Shown: positions 1 through 7,979 of the stretch, piece after piece
Numbering within the stretch: the stretch's first letter is position 1
Layout: the number at the start of each line of letters is the position of its first letter
DNA from: Erysipelotrichaceae bacterium
GTDB lineage: Bacteria > Bacillota_I > Bacilli_A > Erysipelotrichales > Erysipelotrichaceae
Direction of reading: 5' to 3'
NCBI GenBank assembly: GCA_963676105.1
Contig: OY781039.1
Span: 180,001 to 212,000 of the forward strand
DNA length: 32,000 bases
Program-made: the position numbers and the translations under genes
The notes under the pieces: model-generated
The model's database searches: none
Seen by the model: only the letters and a program-made list of their open reading frames with translations
What the model was told of the DNA's origin: nothing

Positions 1-11
1 CAATAAACCTT

Positions 12-1223
12 TTGTCTGTTGTCAGTGTGGACGAAAGTGTCAAACAATGCACTGATTTTATAGTCAAACATCATTTAAAACGAAAAGAAACTGTTAATAT
101 TGCAGATTCTTTTTCACGTATTTTATCAAGCAATATTATTTCACAAGAAAACGTACCTAATTTTAATCGTAGTACCGTAGATGGCTATGCTGTAATTGCT
201 TCAGAGACCTTTGGGGCAAGTGAGGCAATGCCATCTGTATTACGTTATGGTGGAGAAATCCAAATGGGTGAAAATACCTCATTGGAATTAAAAAAAGGTG
301 AATGTATTAAAGTCATGACTGGTGCAATGTTACCTAAGGGTGCTAATGCGGTTGTGATGATAGAGTATAGTGAACTGTTTGGTGAAAATATCCTCTTTTA
401 TAAAGCTGTATCTGAGAATGAAAATGTTATTTGGTTAGGTGATGATGCGAAAGAGAATGAGATTTTATTTCTTCCTTATCATTCAATGCATCACTCAGAC
501 ATTGGTTTTTGTGCAGCCTGTGGTGTAAATGAGATTGAAGTTTTTTCACCACTTAAAGCTTTAGTTATTTCAACCGGTGAAGAAGTTATAGAAGTTGAAA
601 AGAAAGCACAAATTGGTCAAGTGCATGATGTGAATATGCCTGTAGTCAAAAGTATGTTGAATGATTATGGTTTTCAGGTTGTAGAAAGCATGCTTATTCA
701 GGATGATCAAGTAAAACTACAAAACACCTTAATTAAATATCGAGAACTTGTGGATTTAATCATCATTTCAGGTGGTAGTTCTCAAGGTGAAAAAGATTAT
801 ACAGCTGAGGTCATCAATTATTGCGGTGACCCAGGTGTATTTGTTCATGGTGTTGCGATTAAACCAGGTAAACCTACAATTCTTGGCGCATCACAAGATT
901 GTTTAATGGTGGGATTACCTGGACAACCGGTTAGTGCTTTAACTGTTTTGCGTGAAGTCATTTTAAAAGCTTATGATTTAGCGTACCAACAAAAACCTTT
1001 AAAGATACAAGCAAAACTCACAAACAATATTATTGGCTCACCTGGTCGTGAAACAACGATTTATGTTCAATTAAAAGAAGATAATGGAAATAAATTGGCA
1101 CTACCACTTTATACAAAGTCAGGTTTAATTTCGACCCTTAAAAAGGCAGATGCCTATGTGATTATTCCACGTAATCATGAGGGTTATCCTAAAGATAGTA
1201 TTGTGGATTGTTATATATGGTAA
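12..1223 (+). CDS. moeA: MoeA-family molybdopterin metal (Mo/W) transferase, copy 1
   Basis: 403-aa ORF with MoeA hallmarks: 'NFNRSTVDGYAV', 'MTGAMLPKGANAVV', MoCF core 'ISGGSSQGEKDY', 'HGVAIKPGKPTILG...GLPGQPVSA'. The TTG start at 12 is uncertain because the frame stays open to the window edge (GTG at 27 is an alternative). Confidence 0.88.
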   Translation: MSVVSVDESVKQCTDFIVKHHLKRKETVNIADSFSRILSSNIISQENVPNFNRSTVDGYAVIASETFGASEAMPSVLRYGGEIQMGENTSLELKKGECIKVMTGAMLPKGANAVVMIEYSELFGENILFYKAVSENENVIWLGDDAKENEILFLPYHSMHHSDIGFCAACGVNEIEVFSPLKALVISTGEEVIEVEKKAQIGQVHDVNMPVVKSMLNDYGFQVVESMLIQDDQVKLQNTLIKYRELVDLIIISGGSSQGEKDYTAEVINYCGDPGVFVHGVAIKPGKPTILGASQDCLMVGLPGQPVSALTVLREVILKAYDLAYQQKPLKIQAKLTNNIIGSPGRETTIYVQLKEDNGNKLALPLYTKSGLISTLKKADAYVIIPRNHEGYPKDSIVDCYIW

Positions 1224-1235
1224 GGGGAGGTTAAA

Positions 1236-3131
1236 ATGGGACGAAATCTATATTTAAAAAGTGTTAGCTTAGAAGAAGCACATGAAAAATTTTTTAGATT
1301 AAAACAAACTCAAATAAAATCAGTTCAAACTGAAATTATACAAACAAAAGATGCTTATGATCGTGTTTTAAGTAAGGCAATTTTTGCGAATAAAAGTGTA
1401 CCTGCTTTTCCTAGTGCAGCCATGGATGGGATATCAGTTAAATCATCAATCACTCAAAAAGCAAGCGATCATCAACCACTATTGCTTAAAACAGATGATT
1501 ATCAAGTCATTGATACAGGTGATATCATCAAAGCACCTTATGATGCCGTAATTATGGCTGAGGATTGTATTGAAACTGAAGAAGGCATAAAAATTATTAA
1601 AGCTGTTGTCCCATATGAAAATGTGAGACCAATTGGTGAAGATGTAGTACAAGGTGAGCTAATATTTCCGATGGAACATGTTTTAGATGTGATGGATTTA
1701 TCGGTCTTAATCGCAAGTCACGTAAAAACTGTAACGGTCTATAAACAAGTAAAACTTGGCATTATTCCAAGTGGGGATGAAATAAAGAATATTGATGATT
1801 TATCAGATGAGGCAGATATTATTGAATCTAATTCCTATTTATTTGCTTCTTGGGCTAAAAAAGCTAAAGCAATCCCAACAACTTATCCAATTGTACCTGA
1901 TATTCCAGAAAAAATTGAAGCTATTTTAAAACAAGCATTAAAAGAAAATGATGTCGTTTTAATTAATGCTGGCTCTAGTGCAGGGCGTGATGATTATACG
2001 TCATCCATTATTGAAAAATTGGGAACAGTGGCAGTCCATGGCATTGCGATTAAACCAGGAAAACCTGCAATCTTAGGTGAAATTAACAGTCAAATTGTTT
2101 TTGGTGTACCAGGTTTTCCAGTATCAGCACATATTATTTTTGAAGAGTTCATTTATCCTTATTTATTAGAACTTAATCATCGTCCACTCGAGCGTAAAGT
2201 TGAACTTAACGCACGGAGTAGTAGAACGATCATTTCTAGTTTAAAAAGCAAAGAATATATCAGAGTAAAAGTTGCCAAATTAAATGATGAATATGTCGCA
2301 ACACCCTTAGCACGAGGTGCTGGCATGATGATGTCAGTTATTAAAAGTGATGGTTATGCCTTAATTGAACAAAACTCAGAAGGGATCAAAGCAAATGATC
2401 TAGTACATGTTCAGTTAAATAAACCTATTACAGAGATTGATAACACATTAGTGGCGATTGGATCACATGACTTACTAATGGATTTAATTAAAAATGCTTT
2501 AAAGGCAAGAGGATCTGAAACACATTTATCAAGCATTCATGTTGGATCATATGCAGGTATTTTAGCTTTAAGTAAACATGAATCTAAATTGGCAATGTCA
2601 CATTTATTGGATAAAGAAGGAAGCTATAACCAATCAAGTATTAAACCATTATTTAAAGAAGATATTGTTTTAATTAAAGGTGTTAAACGAATTCAAGGTT
2701 TGATTGTACAAAAAGGAAATCCTTTAAATATCAAAGATATCAGAGATTTAAAACGAACAAATTTTATTAATCGACAAAAAGGTTCAGGTACTCGTGTCCT
2801 TTTAGATTATTTACTTAACAAAGAAAATATAAATGTAGATGAAATTGAAGGGTACGGTAAAGAAGTATCAACTCATCTAGCCGTTGCGGCAGCTGTTGCA
2901 TCAAATGAAGCAGATTGTGGTTTAGGTGTTTATTCAGCTGCACAAGTGATGAACTGTGACTTTATTGAAGTAGGTGAAGAAGACTATGATTTTGTGGTCT
3001 ATAAAAATGAACTATATGATGCAGATATCCAAGCCTTTATAGAAGTCTTAAAGAGTGAATCTTTTCATGAACAATTATACAAATTAGGTGGATATAAAAT
3101 TGTCGAAGCCGGACGGGCACTTGATTTATGA
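1236..3131 (+). CDS. moeA: MoeA fused to a C-terminal PBP-like oxyanion-binding domain (molybdate/tungstate-binding type)
   Basis: 631-aa ORF. GGGGAGG lies 6 nt upstream of the ATG. The N-terminal ~400 aa are MoeA-like ('PAFPSAAMDGISV', 'INAGSSAGRDDY', 'HGIAIKPGKPAILG..GVPGFPVSA'). The C-terminal ~225 aa ('VAIGSHDLLMDL...NRQKGSGTRVLLDYLL...CGLGVYSAA') resemble the cytoplasmic PBP_like/COG1910 domain. Confidence 0.85.
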   Translation: MGRNLYLKSVSLEEAHEKFFRLKQTQIKSVQTEIIQTKDAYDRVLSKAIFANKSVPAFPSAAMDGISVKSSITQKASDHQPLLLKTDDYQVIDTGDIIKAPYDAVIMAEDCIETEEGIKIIKAVVPYENVRPIGEDVVQGELIFPMEHVLDVMDLSVLIASHVKTVTVYKQVKLGIIPSGDEIKNIDDLSDEADIIESNSYLFASWAKKAKAIPTTYPIVPDIPEKIEAILKQALKENDVVLINAGSSAGRDDYTSSIIEKLGTVAVHGIAIKPGKPAILGEINSQIVFGVPGFPVSAHIIFEEFIYPYLLELNHRPLERKVELNARSSRTIISSLKSKEYIRVKVAKLNDEYVATPLARGAGMMMSVIKSDGYALIEQNSEGIKANDLVHVQLNKPITEIDNTLVAIGSHDLLMDLIKNALKARGSETHLSSIHVGSYAGILALSKHESKLAMSHLLDKEGSYNQSSIKPLFKEDIVLIKGVKRIQGLIVQKGNPLNIKDIRDLKRTNFINRQKGSGTRVLLDYLLNKENINVDEIEGYGKEVSTHLAVAAAVASNEADCGLGVYSAAQVMNCDFIEVGEEDYDFVVYKNELYDADIQAFIEVLKSESFHEQLYKLGGYKIVEAGRALDL

Positions 3132-4081
3132 TTGATTCTTTTGGACGTGATTTAAGATACCTAAGAATTTCGATTACTGATCGATGCAATTTTAGATGTC
3201 AATATTGCATGCCAGAAGATGGGATTGAATCAATTTCACATGAAGACTTATTAAGTTTTGAAGAAATATCAACTTTAGTTTCACATTTTGTGAAATTGGG
3301 TGTGACTAAAATAAGACTAACAGGTGGTGAACCCTTAGTAAGAAAAGATGTAGTGAGTTTAATAAAAATGATTTCAAGTCACAAAGAAGTCAATGATATT
3401 GCGCTTACGACGAATGCAGCACTTTTAAAAGATAAGGCAAAAGAATTAAAAGATGCTGGATTAAATCGAGTCAATATTAGTTTAGATAGTTTAAAGTCAG
3501 ATCGTTTTTCATGGATTACTCGTGGTGGGAAATTGGAAGACGTATATAAAGGTATAGAAGAAGCTAAAAAAGTTGGCTTAGGTATCAAGATAAACTGCGT
3601 TATTAATAAAGGCATTAATGATGATGAGATCGATGATTTTATTCAATTGACCATTGATGAAGGTTTTGATGTGCGATTCATTGAACTAATGCCCATTGGT
3701 GAAACGGCTGACTATGCGAAAAAATACTTTTATAGTAATCAATTAATCTTAAAGAACCATCCCAATTTAAAAGCAGTAAAAGCCGAAGATATGTCATCAC
3801 CAGCAAGTTACTATCAATGTAAAGATGGCAGGGGAAGAGTGGGTTTAATCTCACCATTATCCTGTAATTTTTGTGCAAATTGTAATCGCATGCGTCTTAC
3901 ATCAGATGGTAAACTGAGACCTTGCTTACACTCAGATATTGAAATTGATTTAAAAGAAGCGTTAAGAAAAGGTGACGATATTGATGCGCTAATACAAACA
4001 GTCGTTGAAATCAAACCAGAGAAACATTTATTAGATCAACATAAATATATCGTAAGAACGATGAATAAAATTGGAGGCTAA
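3128..4081 (+). CDS. moaA: GTP 3',8-cyclase MoaA (radical SAM)
   Basis: 'CNFRCQYCMP' CxxxCxxC cluster, 'RLTGGEPL', and the C-terminal second cluster 'CNFCANCNRMRLTSDGKLRPCL'. The ATG overlaps the upstream stop (ATGA). Confidence 0.95.
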   Translation: MIDSFGRDLRYLRISITDRCNFRCQYCMPEDGIESISHEDLLSFEEISTLVSHFVKLGVTKIRLTGGEPLVRKDVVSLIKMISSHKEVNDIALTTNAALLKDKAKELKDAGLNRVNISLDSLKSDRFSWITRGGKLEDVYKGIEEAKKVGLGIKINCVINKGINDDEIDDFIQLTIDEGFDVRFIELMPIGETADYAKKYFYSNQLILKNHPNLKAVKAEDMSSPASYYQCKDGRGRVGLISPLSCNFCANCNRMRLTSDGKLRPCLHSDIEIDLKEALRKGDDIDALIQTVVEIKPEKHLLDQHKYIVRTMNKIGG

Positions 4082-4082
4082 G

Positions 4083-4562
4083 ATGGAGTTAACACATTTA
4101 AATAATCAAGGACATGGCAAGATGGTTGATGTCTCAAATAAAAATGAAACACAACGTATCGCAGTAGCTCAAGCGAAAATAAGCATGAATGCTAAAGCTT
4201 ATGAAGCCATTATTCATCAACGTCTTAAAAAAGGGGACGCCTTAGCGATTGCTCAAGTAGCGGGTATTCAAGCAGTTAAACAAACATCCAGTTTAATTCC
4301 AATGGCACATCCTTTGATGATTACATCTGTGGATATCCAATTTTATCCAAATGATGAAAAACGAGAAATAAGAATTGAATGTGAAGTACATTGTTTTGGT
4401 AAAACAGGTGTTGAGATGGAAGCCTTAAGTGGTGCATCTGTTTGCGCACTAACCATCTATGATATGGCAAAATCCTTAAATAAAAGTATGCGCATCGATG
4501 ATATTTATCTACTTGAGAAACAGGGCGGAAAATCTGGTCATTATGAGCGATCTCAAGATTAA
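4083..4562 (+). CDS. moaC: Cyclic pyranopterin monophosphate synthase MoaC
   Basis: 'MVDVSNK..T.R.A.A', 'KGDALAIAQVAGIQAVKQTSSLIPMAHPL', 'GVEMEALSGASVCALTIYDM'. I prefer the ATG at 4083 (GGAGG 5 nt upstream) over the track's TTG at 4071. Confidence 0.93.
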   Translation: MELTHLNNQGHGKMVDVSNKNETQRIAVAQAKISMNAKAYEAIIHQRLKKGDALAIAQVAGIQAVKQTSSLIPMAHPLMITSVDIQFYPNDEKREIRIECEVHCFGKTGVEMEALSGASVCALTIYDMAKSLNKSMRIDDIYLLEKQGGKSGHYERSQD

Positions 4563-4932
4563 AAAGATTCTCATAAAAGATAAATTAATCCGTGAACTTA
4601 ATCACTGTTTTGTTAGTTTAGATGGTTTAGTGGGTGATAAACATCAAGATGGCTCACTTATCTTAATGAGTGATCAAATCTATGAAGAGATGATGAATGT
4701 TAAAGACTCCGCATTATGCATGAATAAATTTTATCCCCAAATCACATTTTCAAATTTAAAGTTAGAAACAACATTAAAGATCAATTCAGTTGAATTAAGA
4801 CTTAAAGAAAAGGGTAAACTTTGTCATCAAAAAGAAGGTTGTCAGTATTTTGATAAACATAAAACTTGTCCTTTGATAACAGAAGTTTATGAATATCAGA
4901 TTTTAAATGAAGGTGAAATTAAACTCACTTAG
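4543..4932 (+). CDS. Small MOSC-like domain protein (Cys-rich variant)
   Basis: 129 aa counted from the internal ATG at 4543, which overlaps the moaC 3' end by 20 nt. 'LDGLVGDKH' resembles the MOSC 'GLxGDxH' motif, and the C-terminus carries 'GKLCHQKEGCQYFDKHKTCP'. The family assignment is by eye only. Confidence 0.55.
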   Translation: MSDLKIKKILIKDKLIRELNHCFVSLDGLVGDKHQDGSLILMSDQIYEEMMNVKDSALCMNKFYPQITFSNLKLETTLKINSVELRLKEKGKLCHQKEGCQYFDKHKTCPLITEVYEYQILNEGEIKLT

Positions 4933-4941
4933 GAGAGTGAT

Positions 4942-5436
4942 ATGTACAGATATTCCATTATTATTTCAAGTGATAAAGCAAGCACTGGTGAAAGAGAAGA
5001 CAAAGGGATTGATGCTATTCAATCGTGTTTAGATGAAAAAATTTTTGAGTGTATTTCAACTGTGATTGTACCTGATGAGATTGACGATCTTCAAAGAGAA
5101 ATTAAGCGAATTTGTGATGATGAAAAAGTTGATTTATGTTTTATTTCTGGTGGGACTGGTTTTTCAGTTCGTGATGTGACACCTGAAGCTTTAAGTCCAT
5201 TACTTGATAAACAAGTACCTGGTATATCTGAAGCAATTCGTGCTTATAGTATGACCATCACTAAAAAAGCGATGTTGTCACGAGCTATTTCAGGGATACG
5301 AAAAAATACTTTAGTGATTACCTTACCTGGTTCACCTAAGGCTGTGATTGAATCCGTTGAATTTATTTTAGAACCCCTTAAACATGGTTTAGACATTTTA
5401 ATTGGATCAGCAAGTGAGTGTGCAAGAACAGACTAA
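4942..5436 (+). CDS. moaB: MoaB/MogA-family molybdopterin adenylyltransferase-like protein
   Basis: 164 aa, RBS GGAGAG. MoCF_biosynth motifs 'ISGGTGFSVRDVTPEA' and 'LPGSPKAV'. Confidence 0.88.
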   Translation: MYRYSIIISSDKASTGEREDKGIDAIQSCLDEKIFECISTVIVPDEIDDLQREIKRICDDEKVDLCFISGGTGFSVRDVTPEALSPLLDKQVPGISEAIRAYSMTITKKAMLSRAISGIRKNTLVITLPGSPKAVIESVEFILEPLKHGLDILIGSASECARTD

Positions 5437-5439
5437 TTT

Positions 5440-6081
5440 ATGGAAATTCTTCAAATCATCTTTACAAGTCTATATGTTTCAATGAGTGCAACTTTGTTGG
5501 CGAGTATTTTTGCGATTCCTTTAGGTTTATATCTAGGGACAAAAACACATAAGTGGGCAAAACGGATTAGACCGATTCTTTCCACCCTTGCTTCACTTCC
5601 ACCAGTCATTGCCGGGGTTAGTATTTTCTTACTTCTGTCCAATGCTGGACCTTTAGGTGATTTAAGGCTTTTATATACAACGACTGCTATCATTATTGCG
5701 CAATTTATACTCGTTTTACCATTAGTGACGGTGACGATTATTCCAAGTGTCATCACCATTCGAAATGATTTTGGTGAAGTTTGTGATGGTTTGCATATCT
5801 ACGGTTTAAAACGATATTCAATGTTGATTAAAGAAATTAAAACCACCATTCTTATAGCTATGTTGTTAGGCTTTGGACGAGCGATATCTGAAGTTGGAGC
5901 GGTCATGATGGTCGGAGGGAATATTCGTTTTAAAACACGTGTAATGACGACCGCAATTGTTTTAGAAACACGTCAGGGAAACTATGAAACAGGTTTGATT
6001 TTAGGCTTAGCTTTATTGCTTATTTCTTTGAGTATACAAGCGTCAGCCCACTATTTTTTAAAGGGGAATCAAGATGATTGA
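5440..6081 (+). CDS. tupB: ABC transporter permease, tungstate (TupB-like)
   Basis: 213-aa polytopic membrane protein of the small BPD-type permease class. It lies in an operon with a TupA-type binding protein and an ABC ATPase. Confidence 0.8.
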   Translation: MEILQIIFTSLYVSMSATLLASIFAIPLGLYLGTKTHKWAKRIRPILSTLASLPPVIAGVSIFLLLSNAGPLGDLRLLYTTTAIIIAQFILVLPLVTVTIIPSVITIRNDFGEVCDGLHIYGLKRYSMLIKEIKTTILIAMLLGFGRAISEVGAVMMVGGNIRFKTRVMTTAIVLETRQGNYETGLILGLALLLISLSIQASAHYFLKGNQDD

Positions 6082-6628
6082 GTTTTCAAATATTAATCTT
6101 GCTTTTGAAAATAAAGTTTTATTAGAGGAAGCAACACTTCAATTAGAAGAACAAAAGTTGAATGTCATTATAGGATCTAATGGAAGTGGTAAGACAAGCC
6201 TGCTTAGGGCACTGGTTTATGATTATTTACCAGAATTAAAAATTAAATGGATTTATCAACCCCAATCCATCTTTCTGTTTAAGAAAAAAGTAAAAGATAA
6301 TTTCAATGATCAAAGTGTTGCACTTAGCATATTAGATCGTTTTGATGCATTAGATTTAGTTGAACAAGATGTCAAAGTTTTATCTGGAGGAGAAAAACAA
6401 ATTGTTAGTTTAGCACGTAGTTTTAGTTATCCAGCTGAAGTTTATCTCTTAGATGAACCAACAGCTCACTTAGATACAAGTATTAGACATAAAGTCTATG
6501 AACTATTAAAAGAAAAATCGATTGATAAAACAATCTTACTCATTAGTCATGATCAAAAATCTTATTTTGAAAATGCAAATCTTTTAAAGATTCAAAATAA
6601 AAAAATCAGTCAAACGAAAGGAGCCTAA
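6074..6628 (+). CDS. tupC: ABC transporter ATP-binding protein, tungstate (TupC-like), unusually compact (184 aa)
   Basis: Walker A 'GSNGSGKTS', signature 'LSGGEKQ', Walker B 'VYLLDEP', H-loop 'LLISHD'. It overlaps the tupB end by 8 nt. Confidence 0.85.
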   Translation: MIEFSNINLAFENKVLLEEATLQLEEQKLNVIIGSNGSGKTSLLRALVYDYLPELKIKWIYQPQSIFLFKKKVKDNFNDQSVALSILDRFDALDLVEQDVKVLSGGEKQIVSLARSFSYPAEVYLLDEPTAHLDTSIRHKVYELLKEKSIDKTILLISHDQKSYFENANLLKIQNKKISQTKGA

Positions 6629-6630
6629 AT

Positions 6631-7059
6631 ATGGGGCAAATCAAATCAATTAGTATTTCAAAAGAAAGGGGGAAATTAAAAGAAGCCGTTAATGAGGTAG
6701 ACATAAATCTAGAAGGTATTCTTGGTGATGGACACTCTGGTGATTGGGGAAGACAAATTACCATATTAAATTATCAAAGTTACATGCTTATCAAGAGTAA
6801 GAATCCTGAACTAGGTTTACGTCCCGGTAGTTTTGCGGAAAACATTATGATTGATGGACTTGATTTTTCGAAAATTGGTATAGGCACACAAATTCAAATG
6901 AATGATGTTGTGGTTGAAGTTACACAAATTGGAAAAGAAGATCATCCTTCGGTTGTGACTGAAAACTATGGTGTTAGTTTATTACCATATGAAGGTTTAT
7001 TTTGTAGAGTATTAAAAGCAGGGCATTTAAAAGTTAATGATTCTGCCAAAATTAATTAA
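6631..7059 (+). CDS. MOSC domain-containing protein
   Basis: 142 aa. 'GILGDGHSGDWGRQITIL', 'FAENIMIDGLDF', 'EVTQIGKEDH', 'EGLFCRVLKAGHLKVND' match small clostridial MOSC proteins commonly found in Moco operons. Confidence 0.75.
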   Translation: MGQIKSISISKERGKLKEAVNEVDINLEGILGDGHSGDWGRQITILNYQSYMLIKSKNPELGLRPGSFAENIMIDGLDFSKIGIGTQIQMNDVVVEVTQIGKEDHPSVVTENYGVSLLPYEGLFCRVLKAGHLKVNDSAKIN

Positions 7060-7075
7060 GAAACGGGGATAAAAC

Positions 7076-7924
7076 ATGAAAAAATTAATCGTTTTATTAT
7101 TAAGTGTATTTTTATTAACAGCTTGTTCTTCAGCGCCTGCTGAAGAAGAAGTCACATTACCTGAAGCTAAAACGCTTCGTCTAACAACCACAACATCAGT
7201 CAATGATAGTGGTTTAATTGAATTTTTAAGACCTTATTTATTAGAGGAAGAAAACATTACATTAGAAGTTGTATCAGTTGGTTCTGGCGCTGCTATTGAA
7301 GCTGGTATGAATGGTGATGCTGATGCGATTTTAGTTCACTCACCAGCCGCTGAAGAAACGTTTGTAGCGGATGGTTATGGTATCGCAAGAACTTCCTTTA
7401 TGCATAATTTCTTTGTGATTGTGGGACCAGCAGATGATCCTGCAGGTATTTCAGATATGAGCGCAACAGATGCATTAGCAGCGCTTGATGCGCAAAAAAG
7501 TGCTCAATTTGTTTCTCGTGGGGACAACTCAGGGACCCATAGTAAAGAAAAAGCAATTTGGAGTTTAACTGGTTTAGATTATGAGACTGTTTCTGTCGAC
7601 ACATCGTATTATGTATCAGCAGGGGCTGGTATGGGTGATACCTTGGTTATGGCAAGTGAACTTCAAGCATATACTTTAACTGATCTAGCAACTTATCTTC
7701 ATAATATGGAAAATTTAAACCTTGATATCTTAGTTAATGAAGGTTTAGATTTAATCAACGTTTATTCTGTGTTGGTTGTTAATCCTGATAAAGTGGATAA
7801 CACGGATGTTGAAACGGCTCAACGCTTTGAAACTTGGATTACATCTGATTCTACATTAGATTTAATAGCAGGCTATGGTGTTGAAGAATTTGGACAACCT
7901 TTATTCTTTAAAGGCGCTGAATAA
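7076..7924 (+). CDS. tupA: Tungstate ABC transporter substrate-binding lipoprotein TupA
   Basis: Lipobox 'LLTAC' with Cys17 (7112-7126). 'TTTTS' anion-binding motif at 7184-7198 (TupA signature 'TTTS'), followed by 'SRGDNSGTH'. Confidence 0.88.
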   Translation: MKKLIVLLLSVFLLTACSSAPAEEEVTLPEAKTLRLTTTTSVNDSGLIEFLRPYLLEEENITLEVVSVGSGAAIEAGMNGDADAILVHSPAAEETFVADGYGIARTSFMHNFFVIVGPADDPAGISDMSATDALAALDAQKSAQFVSRGDNSGTHSKEKAIWSLTGLDYETVSVDTSYYVSAGAGMGDTLVMASELQAYTLTDLATYLHNMENLNLDILVNEGLDLINVYSVLVVNPDKVDNTDVETAQRFETWITSDSTLDLIAGYGVEEFGQPLFFKGAE

Positions 7925-7947
7925 TTAGAAATATGATTTAGCCATCA

Positions 7948-7975
7948 TAAAAGACGAGTTTGCTCGTCTTTTTTA
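7948..7975. terminator. Bidirectional intrinsic terminator between tupA (+) and the aldo/keto reductase (-)
   Basis: aaAAGACGAG-tttg-CTCGTCTTtttt: an 8-bp stem with an A-run on one side and a T-run on the other. Confidence 0.85.
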
Positions 7976-7979
7976 GTGA

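Noticed and set aside
3379-4014. Minus-strand ORFs of 66-78 aa (3379-3615, 3678-3878, 3814-4014) inside moaA. The same applies to similar antisense or out-of-frame ORFs in the track: 5451-5759, 7398-7604, 9824-10197, 10369-10560, 12742-13011, 12765-12992, 13582-13782, 15659-15871, 16913-17095, 19665-19895, 21992-22517, 23223-23717, 24033-24338, 29021-29284, 31148-31366 and 31800-31988.
   Set aside because: Each is fully embedded in, or antisense to, a strongly supported gene. They have low-complexity or hydrophobic composition typical of AT-rich antisense frames, and no RBS or recognisable motifs.
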